64,000 nt of DNA from Spirochaetia bacterium. Its GTDB lineage: Bacteria; Spirochaetota; Spirochaetia; SZUA-6; Bin103. This document shows positions 38,815 to 48,995 of the stretch, in pieces. The notes beneath the pieces are model-generated. The model ran no database searches and was not told where the DNA came from. It saw nothing but the letters and a program-made list of their open reading frames with translations. The first letter of the stretch is position 1. Every line of letters begins with the position of its first letter. Where the stretch lies: the NCBI GenBank assembly GCA_965208575.1, contig CBDBOV010000003.1, positions 544,001 to 608,000 of the forward strand, given 5' to 3'. The translations under genes and the position numbers were made by a program.

Positions 38815-40773
38815 CTAATTTCTCAAGATCGGGAGGTCATCTCGAAGTTGCTGCGCTAGCTCGTGTTGCGGGAATCTTCGCATGGCTTCCGTCCATATTG
38901 AGATTGCCTCCGCTTTGCGTTGGGCGTTCCACGTTACTCCTCCTAGGTTGAACCAAGCCAGAGCATAGTTTTCATCCTGTTGCAACGCGTTCTTGTAAGC
39001 AGCTATGCATCCCTGAACGTCGCCGGTACCCTCCTTTGCGATTGCAACTTGAAACCAACTCAAAGCATCAGGTTGATGCTCCCGAGCCTGCTCCAAAAGC
39101 ACAGATAGAGCCTCCGGGTAACGCTTCAGGAAGTTCAGCGCCGTGCCCAGACAATACCCGTAGGCTGCCGGGGAAAGTTGATAGGCCTTGCGATAGCATT
39201 TCTCGGCTTCTTTCCAGTCGCCCTCTCTTTGAGCCCAGTGTCCAGCTCGGTCCCACAAAAGAGCTGGATTCTCCACGCCGTATTCTACCAGATCTGAAAC
39301 GGCTTGGCGTACCTCTTCATAAGCCAGCTTGGGGTCTCCGCCCATATCGTGGATACGGAAGTAGCAAAGCAGCTTCGCTCTGTGACCCCGAAGATCCTCC
39401 GAGAATTCTTTGGTATACCGTTCCCAAAAGGTAACTGATAACTCGGAGGACGCGAGCGTGTCCGTTCCGTATGATGCTACCAATTTTGTGCACCATGGCC
39501 ACGACCAATCCAAATCGTTACCAATGTTCAATAGGGTGTTGATATCTCGGAACGCCTCTACGGATCGTCCCAATCGAAACTGAGTCTCAGCGCGCCACCC
39601 GAGGATCGACGGCGACGCGCCAGAAGAGTCAGGAGACCAGACAATGGAATCGAGATGTTGGAGTGCACTTGCGAGGTCCGATCCGTCGCGGATGTACCAC
39701 AGCGCCAACGCAAGGTGTGCCTCGGGAAGATGAGGATCGAGATCCAGTGCCCGAGCATATAGTGTTTTGGCTCCGGATGTTCTGCCCGTCTTTTCCATGA
39801 CTGATCCGAGATTCTTGTAGCAGCGCGCGACAGCGGTGGGGGATTGCTTTGGATCGAGCGCTCGTAGGGCGGCGTTGTATGCATCGCTCGCTTTCTCGTA
39901 CTCCCGTAACGCAAACCAAGCATTTCCAAGGTTGTACCGCATGGTGCCCGGCGAGGGAACGTCACGACTAAGGGCACCGTTGATAGAGTCGATACCTTGG
40001 CGAATTCGCTCATCGTTATGTTTCTGACCAGTTAACGCAAGGTTAATCTCTGCAAAGTACGTTGGAAGAATGGAGTCACTTGAAGTGCCTATTATCGTCT
40101 GAAAAGTGTCGAAATTACAGCTGATAATAGCGTCGTTTCCGCGATTGTATAGATCGAGTAGGAGTCCGTGAGCTTTCCTCCGATCAGAGGGAACATACAA
40201 GTCGAGTGAAGTGGTTTCTACGTTGCGCACTATGTTCTCTGGAGGCGCTGCTTCGAAATTCAGCCGGCTATCCCTCGCGCTCTTGGCATGGATAGTGACA
40301 TAGCGGGACAATTCTTCCTGAAAGAACGGATCTAAAGCCGTGGCGAACCAGACTGTTATGGTGTGTTGGTTCACATCATTTGTCAGGGTGTGTTCATGTT
40401 CACGTAATACGTCATCGACCATGCGCACCAACAGACGCGCTGACGGTACATGGTAACACACAAGTATCGAGCCGGGCTGCATAGCGAGATAGTTCAAGGT
40501 GCGTCGCTTTATCGGTAGGCTTACGGCGCCATCATTATTCGGTGTCTTGTTCGTGGCCTTCAGTTGGACGTGTACACGAATATTAGTCATCGTGCCATCG
40601 TTGACGGCTTCGATCTGAACGTCTGTACCGTAATCAATCCTGTCCGGAGACTGCACTACGAACCTTCCGCATTGAGAGATTGCCTTGTGAAAGGCGCTCT
40701 CCGATTGATCTCTTATTTGGCTATTCTCGTCTCGTCTGGGAAGATCATTCAAACTGAACAACCGCTTTGGCAC
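38815..40773 (-). CDS. DUF4365 (PD-(D/E)xK-like) domain + TPR protein
   Basis: DYGTDVQIE..HVQLKAT N-terminus followed by multiple TPRs (YNLGNA, YKNLGS, WFNLGG). Confidence 0.75.
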   Translation of the reverse strand: MPKRLFSLNDLPRRDENSQIRDQSESAFHKAISQCGRFVVQSPDRIDYGTDVQIEAVNDGTMTNIRVHVQLKATNKTPNNDGAVSLPIKRRTLNYLAMQPGSILVCYHVPSARLLVRMVDDVLREHEHTLTNDVNQHTITVWFATALDPFFQEELSRYVTIHAKSARDSRLNFEAAPPENIVRNVETTSLDLYVPSDRRKAHGLLLDLYNRGNDAIISCNFDTFQTIIGTSSDSILPTYFAEINLALTGQKHNDERIRQGIDSINGALSRDVPSPGTMRYNLGNAWFALREYEKASDAYNAALRALDPKQSPTAVARCYKNLGSVMEKTGRTSGAKTLYARALDLDPHLPEAHLALALWYIRDGSDLASALQHLDSIVWSPDSSGASPSILGWRAETQFRLGRSVEAFRDINTLLNIGNDLDWSWPWCTKLVASYGTDTLASSELSVTFWERYTKEFSEDLRGHRAKLLCYFRIHDMGGDPKLAYEEVRQAVSDLVEYGVENPALLWDRAGHWAQREGDWKEAEKCYRKAYQLSPAAYGYCLGTALNFLKRYPEALSVLLEQAREHQPDALSWFQVAIAKEGTGDVQGCIAAYKNALQQDENYALAWFNLGGVTWNAQRKAEAISIWTEAMRRFPQHELAQQLRDDLPILRN

Positions 40774-40776
40774 GGT

Positions 40777-43620
40777 TTACGTGTTGAAACCTGTGTACGT
40801 GATCGATGAGACCATGCTTCGCTCAAGGATGTTGTGGATCTCCCCTGGGTGCGAACATACACCATGACACCAGCAGCCGAAACCGTTGTACGCGTTCACG
40901 GCTTTGATCCATTCGCCGAGGAAACGTCGTTTGGTTTGGTCTTGTTCGGTTTCCTGACCCTTGGTCTCGAGGATCAGCATGCCGCCAGATCGTAACCGGA
41001 TGAGGAAGTCGGGACGGTACTTGCGTACGACGCCCCGGTGGACGTAAACGATCTCGAAGCCAAGGTGATCGTTCTTGACCCAGGAGGCAACCTCGTGCGC
41101 GTGGTCGAGGACGAATGCATCGGATGCTTCCCAGGTGCTATCGTATACGCAGGAGTTGATGTGGCTGCGGATTGTGTATTCGCAGGGTTTGCCGGTGTAC
41201 CAGGTTCGCATGTCGCCTGTTGAGCGGATCGGGCGGTCGCGGTCGAAGACTGGCTCAAGCCGTTCGGAGTTGGTGTGGCGGATCGCCTCCCACAGATGCC
41301 TGACCAACGACGTCATGTTGAGCGTCACAACGAGGCGGCGTTTGAGGTCGTCCCGCTGGTACACCTTGGGAGTGATGACCATTCTGTCTGAGTGAAGGAA
41401 TTGCTCGATCAGGCGCACGAGTTGTGCGAGGAGCATCGCACGTCCGCCGCGCCACGTTGGTTGGATCTGATCGAATACCTCACCGGCAGTTTCGAAGATG
41501 ATGCGCTGCAACCGGAACTCGCGCGCCAGTTCCGTGAGTTTGATCGGTGCGATGTTGGTGACGTCCGGCTTGCCCTCGACGATCGGAGCGAGTTCGGCGA
41601 GCTGTGCGGTCTTGCTCGCGTCGATCTCCAGAGGCTCGACGGTATCCCAATCCAAAGTTAGGCGTGGCCGATACGTGTGATCGATGCGGACTACATTGGG
41701 CCACGAAATCTCGAACTCTTGCTTCTCCGATACTGGCTCGATTGCGGTTTTCGGCGTTGGCGGCGCTGGCGGACCGTCAGCTCCCCCCTCGTGAGGCAGA
41801 AACGTGAAAGGCACTCCGAAGATATTTACGTACTCCGGTTTGAGACAGCCGTCCGGTGTCATCTCGTCGTAGGACGTACGGCGCAAGCCGCGGCCGACGA
41901 CCTGCTCACAGAGAAGCTGGCTTGTGAACGCGCGCAGGCCCATAATGTGCGTCACAGTCTTGGCGTCCCAGCCTTCCGAGAGCATGCCGACAGAGATCAC
42001 GTTCTGAATGCTCTCGCCTTCAGTACCAACCTTCCCGACAGTATCCACCTGTCGGCGCAGCAATTCAGCTTGTTGTTTCTTCGTCGGCTTACGCCTTGAG
42101 CTGTCGCTTGGGGCTTGTTTCCCGTCACCGCCGTCGAGGTCAGCCACCGGTTCCTCGGCGGCCTCAGCGGCGGAGAGCACTTTCGAGTCAATGTGCAGGG
42201 TGCGCTCAGGATCACACAACTCATCGATACGGATCCGGTGGCGATCGAACGCGTACTTGATTCGCGCAGCGGTCTCGGTGCGGTTGGCCACGGTGATCAT
42301 CACCGGCGGAGTGGACGGCTTGTTTCCCTCTCTCTGCTGGGCCGCCCAACTCCTCGCGATTTCGCGCCAATCGTAGCCGAGCAGATAGTAACCGTTGATG
42401 ACCAGATCCGGCAGAGGTTCCTCGGACTTAGCGCGTCGGTTCAGGTCGTCCTTGACGGCTGCATCGTTGTAAATGTGGTACAGACGTGACTTGTAGCTCT
42501 TGGCGTCTGGTACGGCATCGTCGCGGATGACCACGCGTGGAGTCTTGACTAGTCCGGCTTCGATGGCGTCGTTCAACCCGAAATCGCTGACTATCCAGCC
42601 GAACAGGGCGTCATCGGAACTTCGTTTTCCGGATGGTGCGAATGGCGTGGCGGAGAAGTCATAACAGGTCAGAATGCCACGCGTCCGGTCGATCCGATCC
42701 AGACCGCCAATCCACTTGGTGGCGGCCTCGATTTCTTCCTTCGGAACTCCCTTGACCTTGGACTCGGCGGGAACACGCCAAGCATGGTGAGCCTCGTCGT
42801 TGATGACCAGGATGTTGTGCGCCTTCGCCATGTCTCCGAGTACGTCGCGTACGTAGGCTTCGTCACTCTTGACACCGCGTTTGTCAACGCTACGCCTTCG
42901 CGCAATCCGTTCAGGCGTCTCCCAATTGAGTGCGTGCCAGTTGCGGATCACGACCTTGCCCTGAAGCAGCCTGTCACGCAGCGACGTTGGTACGATGCGG
43001 AACGCGTCGTAGTAGTTCTCGGTATGAGACGGCTCCAACACGGCCAGACGGCTTCGGACCGTGAGGCCGGGAGCGATCACGAGGACGTGCTTGGAATACC
43101 GCGTGTCCTGCGGGTAGGCAACCTTATTCAGCACTTGCCACGCGATGACCATGGCCATGACGATGGTCTTGCCGGTGCCCGTCGCCATCTTCGCGCACAA
43201 CCGCGCGAACGCTCCTCCGTCGGATGGAACCTCCACCCCGACCCTGTCGGCCGGCGGTGCCTCGGCGAGCCAGATCAGTGTCTCCGCGGCCTCCAGTTGG
43301 CAGAAGAAGAACCGCCTCGCCCCGAACTCCTCAGGATCGTTCCAGTAGGTGAGTAGCCGGCGGGTGATCGCGGAGACACCCGGGTATCCGTTCAGTCGCC
43401 ACTGTCGTACGCGCGGGCGGATCCGATTGACCAGCGGGATCTCGATAAACACACCAGGATCATCGAACGCCTTTGAGTCAGCCGATGCGACGACGTAACC
43501 TGCCGGTCGACGCCCGTCGAGCTGATCGAACATCCGGGTCTCACGCTCGTATCGCCAGTAACTCGCCGGTTCCACGTAGGGCGAGTTCACAATCAGCCGA
43601 TCTATCCTCCTGCGAGGCAC
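40777..43620 (-). CDS. res: Type III restriction endonuclease subunit
   Basis: MATGTGKT Walker A, NDEAHH, SATP, EGWD, C-terminal PDF..LETKG nuclease motif. Confidence 0.9.
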   Translation of the reverse strand: MPRRRIDRLIVNSPYVEPASYWRYERETRMFDQLDGRRPAGYVVASADSKAFDDPGVFIEIPLVNRIRPRVRQWRLNGYPGVSAITRRLLTYWNDPEEFGARRFFFCQLEAAETLIWLAEAPPADRVGVEVPSDGGAFARLCAKMATGTGKTIVMAMVIAWQVLNKVAYPQDTRYSKHVLVIAPGLTVRSRLAVLEPSHTENYYDAFRIVPTSLRDRLLQGKVVIRNWHALNWETPERIARRRSVDKRGVKSDEAYVRDVLGDMAKAHNILVINDEAHHAWRVPAESKVKGVPKEEIEAATKWIGGLDRIDRTRGILTCYDFSATPFAPSGKRSSDDALFGWIVSDFGLNDAIEAGLVKTPRVVIRDDAVPDAKSYKSRLYHIYNDAAVKDDLNRRAKSEEPLPDLVINGYYLLGYDWREIARSWAAQQREGNKPSTPPVMITVANRTETAARIKYAFDRHRIRIDELCDPERTLHIDSKVLSAAEAAEEPVADLDGGDGKQAPSDSSRRKPTKKQQAELLRRQVDTVGKVGTEGESIQNVISVGMLSEGWDAKTVTHIMGLRAFTSQLLCEQVVGRGLRRTSYDEMTPDGCLKPEYVNIFGVPFTFLPHEGGADGPPAPPTPKTAIEPVSEKQEFEISWPNVVRIDHTYRPRLTLDWDTVEPLEIDASKTAQLAELAPIVEGKPDVTNIAPIKLTELAREFRLQRIIFETAGEVFDQIQPTWRGGRAMLLAQLVRLIEQFLHSDRMVITPKVYQRDDLKRRLVVTLNMTSLVRHLWEAIRHTNSERLEPVFDRDRPIRSTGDMRTWYTGKPCEYTIRSHINSCVYDSTWEASDAFVLDHAHEVASWVKNDHLGFEIVYVHRGVVRKYRPDFLIRLRSGGMLILETKGQETEQDQTKRRFLGEWIKAVNAYNGFGCWCHGVCSHPGEIHNILERSMVSSITYTGFNT

Positions 43621-43961
43621 TACTGCGGTCCCGTAGATATCAGTGGTTCAATGAGCGTGAGGAGGTTCGGGACGCTCTGCTGCGAGGTGTTCCATACGAT
43701 GTCCATATCGATGTCGTCATACCCGTGGATCATCCGGTTGCGCATTCCGGTCATTGAGGTCCAGGGGACCTCGGGGTGACCTGCGCGGAACTCCGACGAC
43801 ACCCGACCGGCGGCCTCACCGACAATCTCAAGACGACGGATGACCGAGTCCTGAAGTGCCGTGTCCCGAAGGAATCGGTCACGTTCTACACCTCGCACGT
43901 AGTCAACTATGAGACGAGCTGACAAGACGATGTCGACGAGATAGTCTGAATCACGACTCAT
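43620..43961 (-). CDS. hepT: HepT-like (DUF86/HEPN) RNase toxin
   Basis: EIVGEAA, RNRMIHGY (RX4HXY motif). Confidence 0.85.
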   Translation of the reverse strand: MSRDSDYLVDIVLSARLIVDYVRGVERDRFLRDTALQDSVIRRLEIVGEAAGRVSSEFRAGHPEVPWTSMTGMRNRMIHGYDDIDMDIVWNTSQQSVPNLLTLIEPLISTGPQ

Positions 43962-44280
43962 AGATGACCCGCGCTGATTGCAGTATCGCTCTTCGGCGTC
44001 CTTGATTGTGGCTTCTCTCGATGCCACGTCGACTGACCAGATCCACGTCATGTCCGAATATCGATCGGAGATCTTCCTCCATCTGATGCAGATCGAACAG
44101 CGTATGTTCGGCTTTCTCTCCTAGCGTGACCAGAACATCAACATCGCTCTCGGGGCCAAAGTCATCGCGGAGTACCGAGCCGAACAGCGCGAGTTCGGAG
44201 ACGTCCCAGCGCCTGCAGAACCCGGCAACCTCTGCTTGGCGGGCCTTGATCTCCTCATTCAGGCGCAGGTTTCCCTCCAT
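43951..44280 (-). CDS. mntA: MntA-like minimal nucleotidyltransferase antitoxin
   Basis: FGSVLRDDFGPESDVD (GSX10DXD motif). Confidence 0.85.
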   Translation of the reverse strand: MEGNLRLNEEIKARQAEVAGFCRRWDVSELALFGSVLRDDFGPESDVDVLVTLGEKAEHTLFDLHQMEEDLRSIFGHDVDLVSRRGIERSHNQGRRRAILQSARVIYES

Positions 44281-46882
44281 CAGACCCTTGTTCGAGATCC
44301 TGCCACGTCGGCGAGCGGTATCACTTTCAAGCTTTCGATGCCCCGGTCGTCTACGATCTTGACGGCCGCTCGTTCGTGTTCACCGGGCTCGAACGGGAGG
44401 GACACGGTACCGCGGTAGGCTGCAATCCGGTTCTGGTCGATCTCCGCCCTGAGATTGCGTGCGAGCCGCGCCCATCCGTCAGCGTCGCCGGCCATGGGGA
44501 AGAACACCTGACGCGGAAACAGGCTGCGTCCATCGTAGTCGTGATCCAGCATCCACAGGGCGATTCTGCCGGCGCCGCCCGATTCCACGTTACCGCTCCT
44601 AGTGTTGTAGTAGTCGAAGCCGTGGACGGAAGCCCGTAGCTTGCCGGTATCTTCACCCGCTTCGATCCGCTCGATGCCAACATCGGGCTGGCCGATGAGC
44701 CAGAAGCTCTCATTGCTTGTCCGCTTCTTCTTGAGATCGTCGGTGAGCAGGTCGGCATTCATCTGCGCCTTTAGCAGTGTTACACCGGGCCAGTTTGTCT
44801 CGTCGATGTCCTTTGAGGCCTCGGGGTCGAACTGGAACGCGGCGAAGACGATGATCTTGGGCCTGGGAACGAGGCTCTGTGCTTCCTCAATGGCAAGCTC
44901 CACTTGGCCCTGCTCCAGCGGTGCGTGGTCGGGGCCGAACGACACTGCCAGCCGCTGCGGATCGTAGGCTGTGCCCGCATCGCGAATGTGGGCAGCGCCG
45001 GAGGCATCCGGACGTGTGTCACCTTCGGCGTGCAGCCACCGGGTTCCGGGCAGAGACTCAAGCCGCGCGAACGAGATCCGCTGACCTGCCTTGCCGCGGA
45101 TGCCGGTCCTTTGCAGTTCGTCACGCCAATCGCCCTGCCGTAGCGTCGCCCCGGATCGGGCGACCGACTCGTCGGCAGGCGGTGTGTTCTCCACAGTCTC
45201 GTCCAATGGCTTTACCGTTGGTGCGGGAACGGCCTCCACGGTGAACGGTCCAGTAACGCGCGCCTTCCGTCGGTCGACCTCTGGCTGATCGTATAGGGTG
45301 GTCTCCCTCAACGGCTCATCGTACCCCAAAGTGCGAGGTGATACAGCCGGCACTCCTCCGTAGCGAAATCCCGCGCCAACACCTTCGGCAGGATGGGCCA
45401 ACTTGAAATAGTCGAAGTTGGCAGTCATAAGACGTTGGCGCGCAATGGTGATTGCCACCCGCGAAGTGTCGCAGGTTATCCAGCGACGTCCCCACTGCTC
45501 GGCAACCCAGGCAGTCGTGCCCGAGCCGCAGGTCAGGTCAAGCACCAGATCGCCAGGGTCGGTGGTCATGAGGACACACCGTTGGATTGCTTTGGTGGCG
45601 GTCTGAACTACGTAACGCTTGTTCTTCTCAGACATGGGTGAGTGCCAAATGCTGTTGATTCGGCGTCCCGGTATTTCCGACTCATACCGCTTCCAACTCA
45701 GCCGAGCATCGTCTCCTGCAGCGTCGAGACGATTTAACTCTGAGAGCCGATCAATACCCTCGTGCGAGATCGCCCAGTGCCGATCATCGCCGCACGGGAA
45801 AAGTCGTCCCTTCCAATTGTAGGGTTCTGAGCGTCCGGTCTGTGACGCGCCCTGAGAATCAAGAGGCATGCGGCGGTATATTCGTGCATCTTCTGGTAGA
45901 TACTTGTCGGGATCAAATCGCTCTTGGGGTTGCAGTTGCGACACTCTCCGTCTGGCAATTCGACCATTGCATAACTACTGAAAAAGTCGACGATCTCTGC
46001 CCGGCTCAGCGATTCGTAGAGCTGTCGGTACTTTGATTGCTGTCGATCCTTCGCGTACCAAAGAAGATAGTCTGCGACTTGTGGCAGCGTACTGGCCGAA
46101 CTGTCGCCAGTAGTCGCGTAGGAGATAGTAGCCATGCGGTTCGCTGCGCCAAAGATCTCGTCGAGTACGACAGCCGCGCGATGAACATTCTCATCTCCGA
46201 TCTGCACGAAGCAGCTACCGCTCACGTGCAGCAGATCACGTGCTAGTAGCAACCGGTCGCGGAGATAGGCAAGATACGAGTGAATGCCGAGCTCCCAAGT
46301 GTCCCGGAATGCGCGTATCTGCTCCGGCTCGGCGGTAAGGTCGTCATCTCTTCCGTCCGTGACCTCGCGTCGATTCACGAATGGCTGGAAATTCGATCCG
46401 TAGCGGATGCCGTATGGAGGATCGACATACACCATCTGCACGTGCCCGGCGAGGCCTTCCTTCTCAAGCAGGCTATTCATCACCAGCATGCTGTCTCCGG
46501 CGATGAGACGGTTGGTCCAGTTGTGCCGGTGGCGGTAGAACTCGATCGCTTGACGGATTGGCGGATTCGCCGCGGGTTCTTCGAACAACGAGAGCTGTGG
46601 GTCCGCACCGTTCCGCTGGCGGACGGCCTCAACGACGGAGCGTGGGTCGATGCGTTCGTGCACATGCAGGGAGACCGTGGGCACCTCGAACGACGTGTGC
46701 TCCGCCTTACCGGCCCAGGACAGCTGCGGATCGAGGTATGCGTCATGGGCGTAGCTCACTCGCGCCGATTCGGGGTCGGTGGCCGGCGTGACCAAACCGA
46801 CAGGTGGATTGTTGGTGCGGTCCTTGCCGGCATGCGCGTAGTTCTCGATAGCGCGCTTGGTCTTCCTAGCTCGGTGCGCCAC
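44280..46882 (-). CDS. mod: Type III RM DNA methyltransferase (Mod), split by a -1 frameshift near 45935
   Basis: DPPY in the 5' ORF and DLTCGSGTT in the 3' ORF; GTG 46882 with GAGGGA RBS; frames join at ..DGECR/LQPQERFDP. Confidence 0.85.
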
Positions 46883-46990
46883 TAATCCCTCGTCTATCTC
46901 GTAACAGGGTGAACAAAACAACAGGTCGCCACCCATGTAGATGACAGAACCAGCTCGGACGTGAGAAGTCGAGGTCGTTCATGACCGATG

Positions 46991-47620
46991 TCAGAGATCT
47001 ACTTGACACGAAGTCCCTTCGTCCTTGGTCGGGAACGTGTACATATTGTAGAGTCCGTGGGTCCTCTTTCTTACAAAAAAATTAATCTTAACACTGTAAA
47101 GATTCGATAGCTTGTTGAGTACGTCTCTAACGTCTTTATTTTCCATTGATCCATCATCTTTTTTAAACATTAGATGGTAGAAAGATACCAGGGCCGCGGC
47201 ATCATCGACACGAATGGCCACGCTAGGACCGGCAAACGACAGAATCTTAGTTTCTCTGAATAGTCGCTCTGCGAGGAATTTATTCGCCATCTCACACGCC
47301 GCAACAAATAACCTCGTATTGTATAGGCAATCTCGAAGTATAGCACTCAGTGCCGGATTGGAGATCGTTTCGAATGTCGTGTCAATTCCACATTCATTTG
47401 CGTGGCAGGCAATGTGCAGGTATCGGTAACTAGATATGCGGAAGAGTTTGGCGATCTCTTGCAGCTCGCGGTGCGTACGGATATAGAAATATTTCGTATC
47501 TTTCTTTCCCGATAGAGTAAGCATCCGTGAGATTATGTCACCCTCTTGTATGTGCGCTTCTTCATCTTGGATTCGGAGAGACTCGATGATGAATAACTGT
47601 GGTAGCGACTTCTTCTTCAT
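46991..47620 (-). CDS. Hypothetical protein, possible caspase/CHAT-like protease
   Basis: AT-rich ORF; YLHIACHA and LFVAACE resemble the His/Cys dyad motifs. Confidence 0.55.
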   Translation of the reverse strand: MKKKSLPQLFIIESLRIQDEEAHIQEGDIISRMLTLSGKKDTKYFYIRTHRELQEIAKLFRISSYRYLHIACHANECGIDTTFETISNPALSAILRDCLYNTRLFVAACEMANKFLAERLFRETKILSFAGPSVAIRVDDAAALVSFYHLMFKKDDGSMENKDVRDVLNKLSNLYSVKINFFVRKRTHGLYNMYTFPTKDEGTSCQVDL

Positions 47621-47690
47621 TGGTAACGTACCCTTTCCTAAGCACGCGGCACTGCTTGTGGCGGTGCGTCTCGGCCATTGAATCGTTGAC

Positions 47691-48323
47691 TCAGCGACTA
47701 ATCAGATCCCAAAGGTTCACTTGAGCAGACGACACACCGCTCCGATTTCTTGGAGTCCACACCCTAGTCACTGCGTTTGGACTGATCGGCAGTCTGACGA
47801 CAAATGCATTCCTGAACATTGTTCGATAACGACCAAGAAGGATCAGATCGTTGGCATGATGTGCTCCGATTACATTCACATCGTGGACGGCCAAGTCGCA
47901 CATTGCGATGCGAAAGTCCTGACTCTCACTGGCCCAAGCTTTTTTCGCGTAGCGTAGGACCTTAGTGCCATAGACTCGTTCCAACACTGGCTGTGCTCGT
48001 ACGGGATCACCTAGTTGAAAGACCGAATACAGGAAATCTCGACCATCGATCGCGACTAGGCGCTCAGATGCTTCGAACTCAATCATCACCGGGGTATCGT
48101 TGGTTTCGTTGAGGTTGTGTTGCCAAGCATAGTAGGATGCCCCGTATGGTTCTCCACACGCACATATGGCAGGTGCGGAGTCTTGCCCTGTTCGCGTGTC
48201 GGACAAGCTCAAGTCATCATTCGCGTACAGCGCATCAAGGTCGCCGGGGCGGCTGTATTCCATCGGCCACGCCCCTTGTCCCGGTTGGAGCCCAGTTCGC
48301 CGTATTGTGTCGATCGTGCTCAT
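47691..48323 (-). CDS. Hypothetical protein (true start may be GTG ~48364 with a frameshift in a T5 run)
   Basis: 210-aa ORF co-oriented with the island; upstream in-frame FRGIAVP. Confidence 0.6.
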   Translation of the reverse strand: MSTIDTIRRTGLQPGQGAWPMEYSRPGDLDALYANDDLSLSDTRTGQDSAPAICACGEPYGASYYAWQHNLNETNDTPVMIEFEASERLVAIDGRDFLYSVFQLGDPVRAQPVLERVYGTKVLRYAKKAWASESQDFRIAMCDLAVHDVNVIGAHHANDLILLGRYRTMFRNAFVVRLPISPNAVTRVWTPRNRSGVSSAQVNLWDLISR

Positions 48324-48568
48324 CGCGCTTGCCGATGGAACAGCTATGCCTCGAAAAACCGCACTAGTTCAAACCTCTACCAAACGAACGGGTCGCCGGA
48401 GTCGCCGCCTGCGACTTCAACACACGTCCGGGGCGACCTCGGTCGCAATCTAATAGGAAATTGCCAACAGCGTCCACATACAGCACTAATGGTGCGACTC
48501 ACAAGGGCTGGCGAGTAAGCCAAGATGGGCGCGGGGAGTTGTTTGGTGATGGAGCCCGTGGACTAGCT

Positions 48569-48960
48569 AGGTGAAGATCGTCAAGGACCTCGGCCGTACC
48601 ATCAATCCCACCGTGGACCGCGGCCAGGTGGAGGGCGGCCTTGCGCAGGGCATGGGCTGGATGACCATGGAAGACCTGCAGTGGGACGCGCAGGGCCGCT
48701 GCCTGTCCCACGCCCTGTCCACCTACAAGGCCCCGGACGTCTACTTCATGCCCGACGACATGGCCGTGCAGTTCCTGGAACCGGAAGACAACCCCTACGG
48801 CCCGCTCGGCGCCAAGGCGGTCGGCGAACCGCCGCTGATGTACGGCATCGGCGTCTTCTTCGCCCTGCGCAACGCCATGAAGGCCTTCCGCCCCGGCGCC
48901 GACCTCACCCTCGACGCCCCCATGACTCCGGAACGCCTCCTTCTCGCCCTGCACGCTTGA
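48569..48960 (+). pseudogene. xdhB: Displaced or duplicated xdhB 3' end (right copy of direct repeat)
   Basis: 129 codons nearly identical to the XdhB C-terminus, ending LLLALHA*. Confidence 0.92.
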
Positions 48961-48995
48961 GAGGTGGGAGGCAAGTCCCGGAGCCAGGCGCAGTG

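Larger units (their letters stand above)
38618..48568. mobile_element. ~10-kb lower-GC defence island between duplicated xdhB 3' ends; no integrase seen
   Basis: Abrupt GC drop, all genes on the minus strand, RM/TA content, flanking direct repeat. Confidence 0.8.

Noticed and set aside
45900-45960. Phase-variable (phasevarion) mod switch
   Set aside because: No simple-sequence repeat tract at the frameshift
48571-48960. Independent small molybdoenzyme gene
   Set aside because: Only the last ~129 codons of XdhB, starting exactly at the repeat boundary
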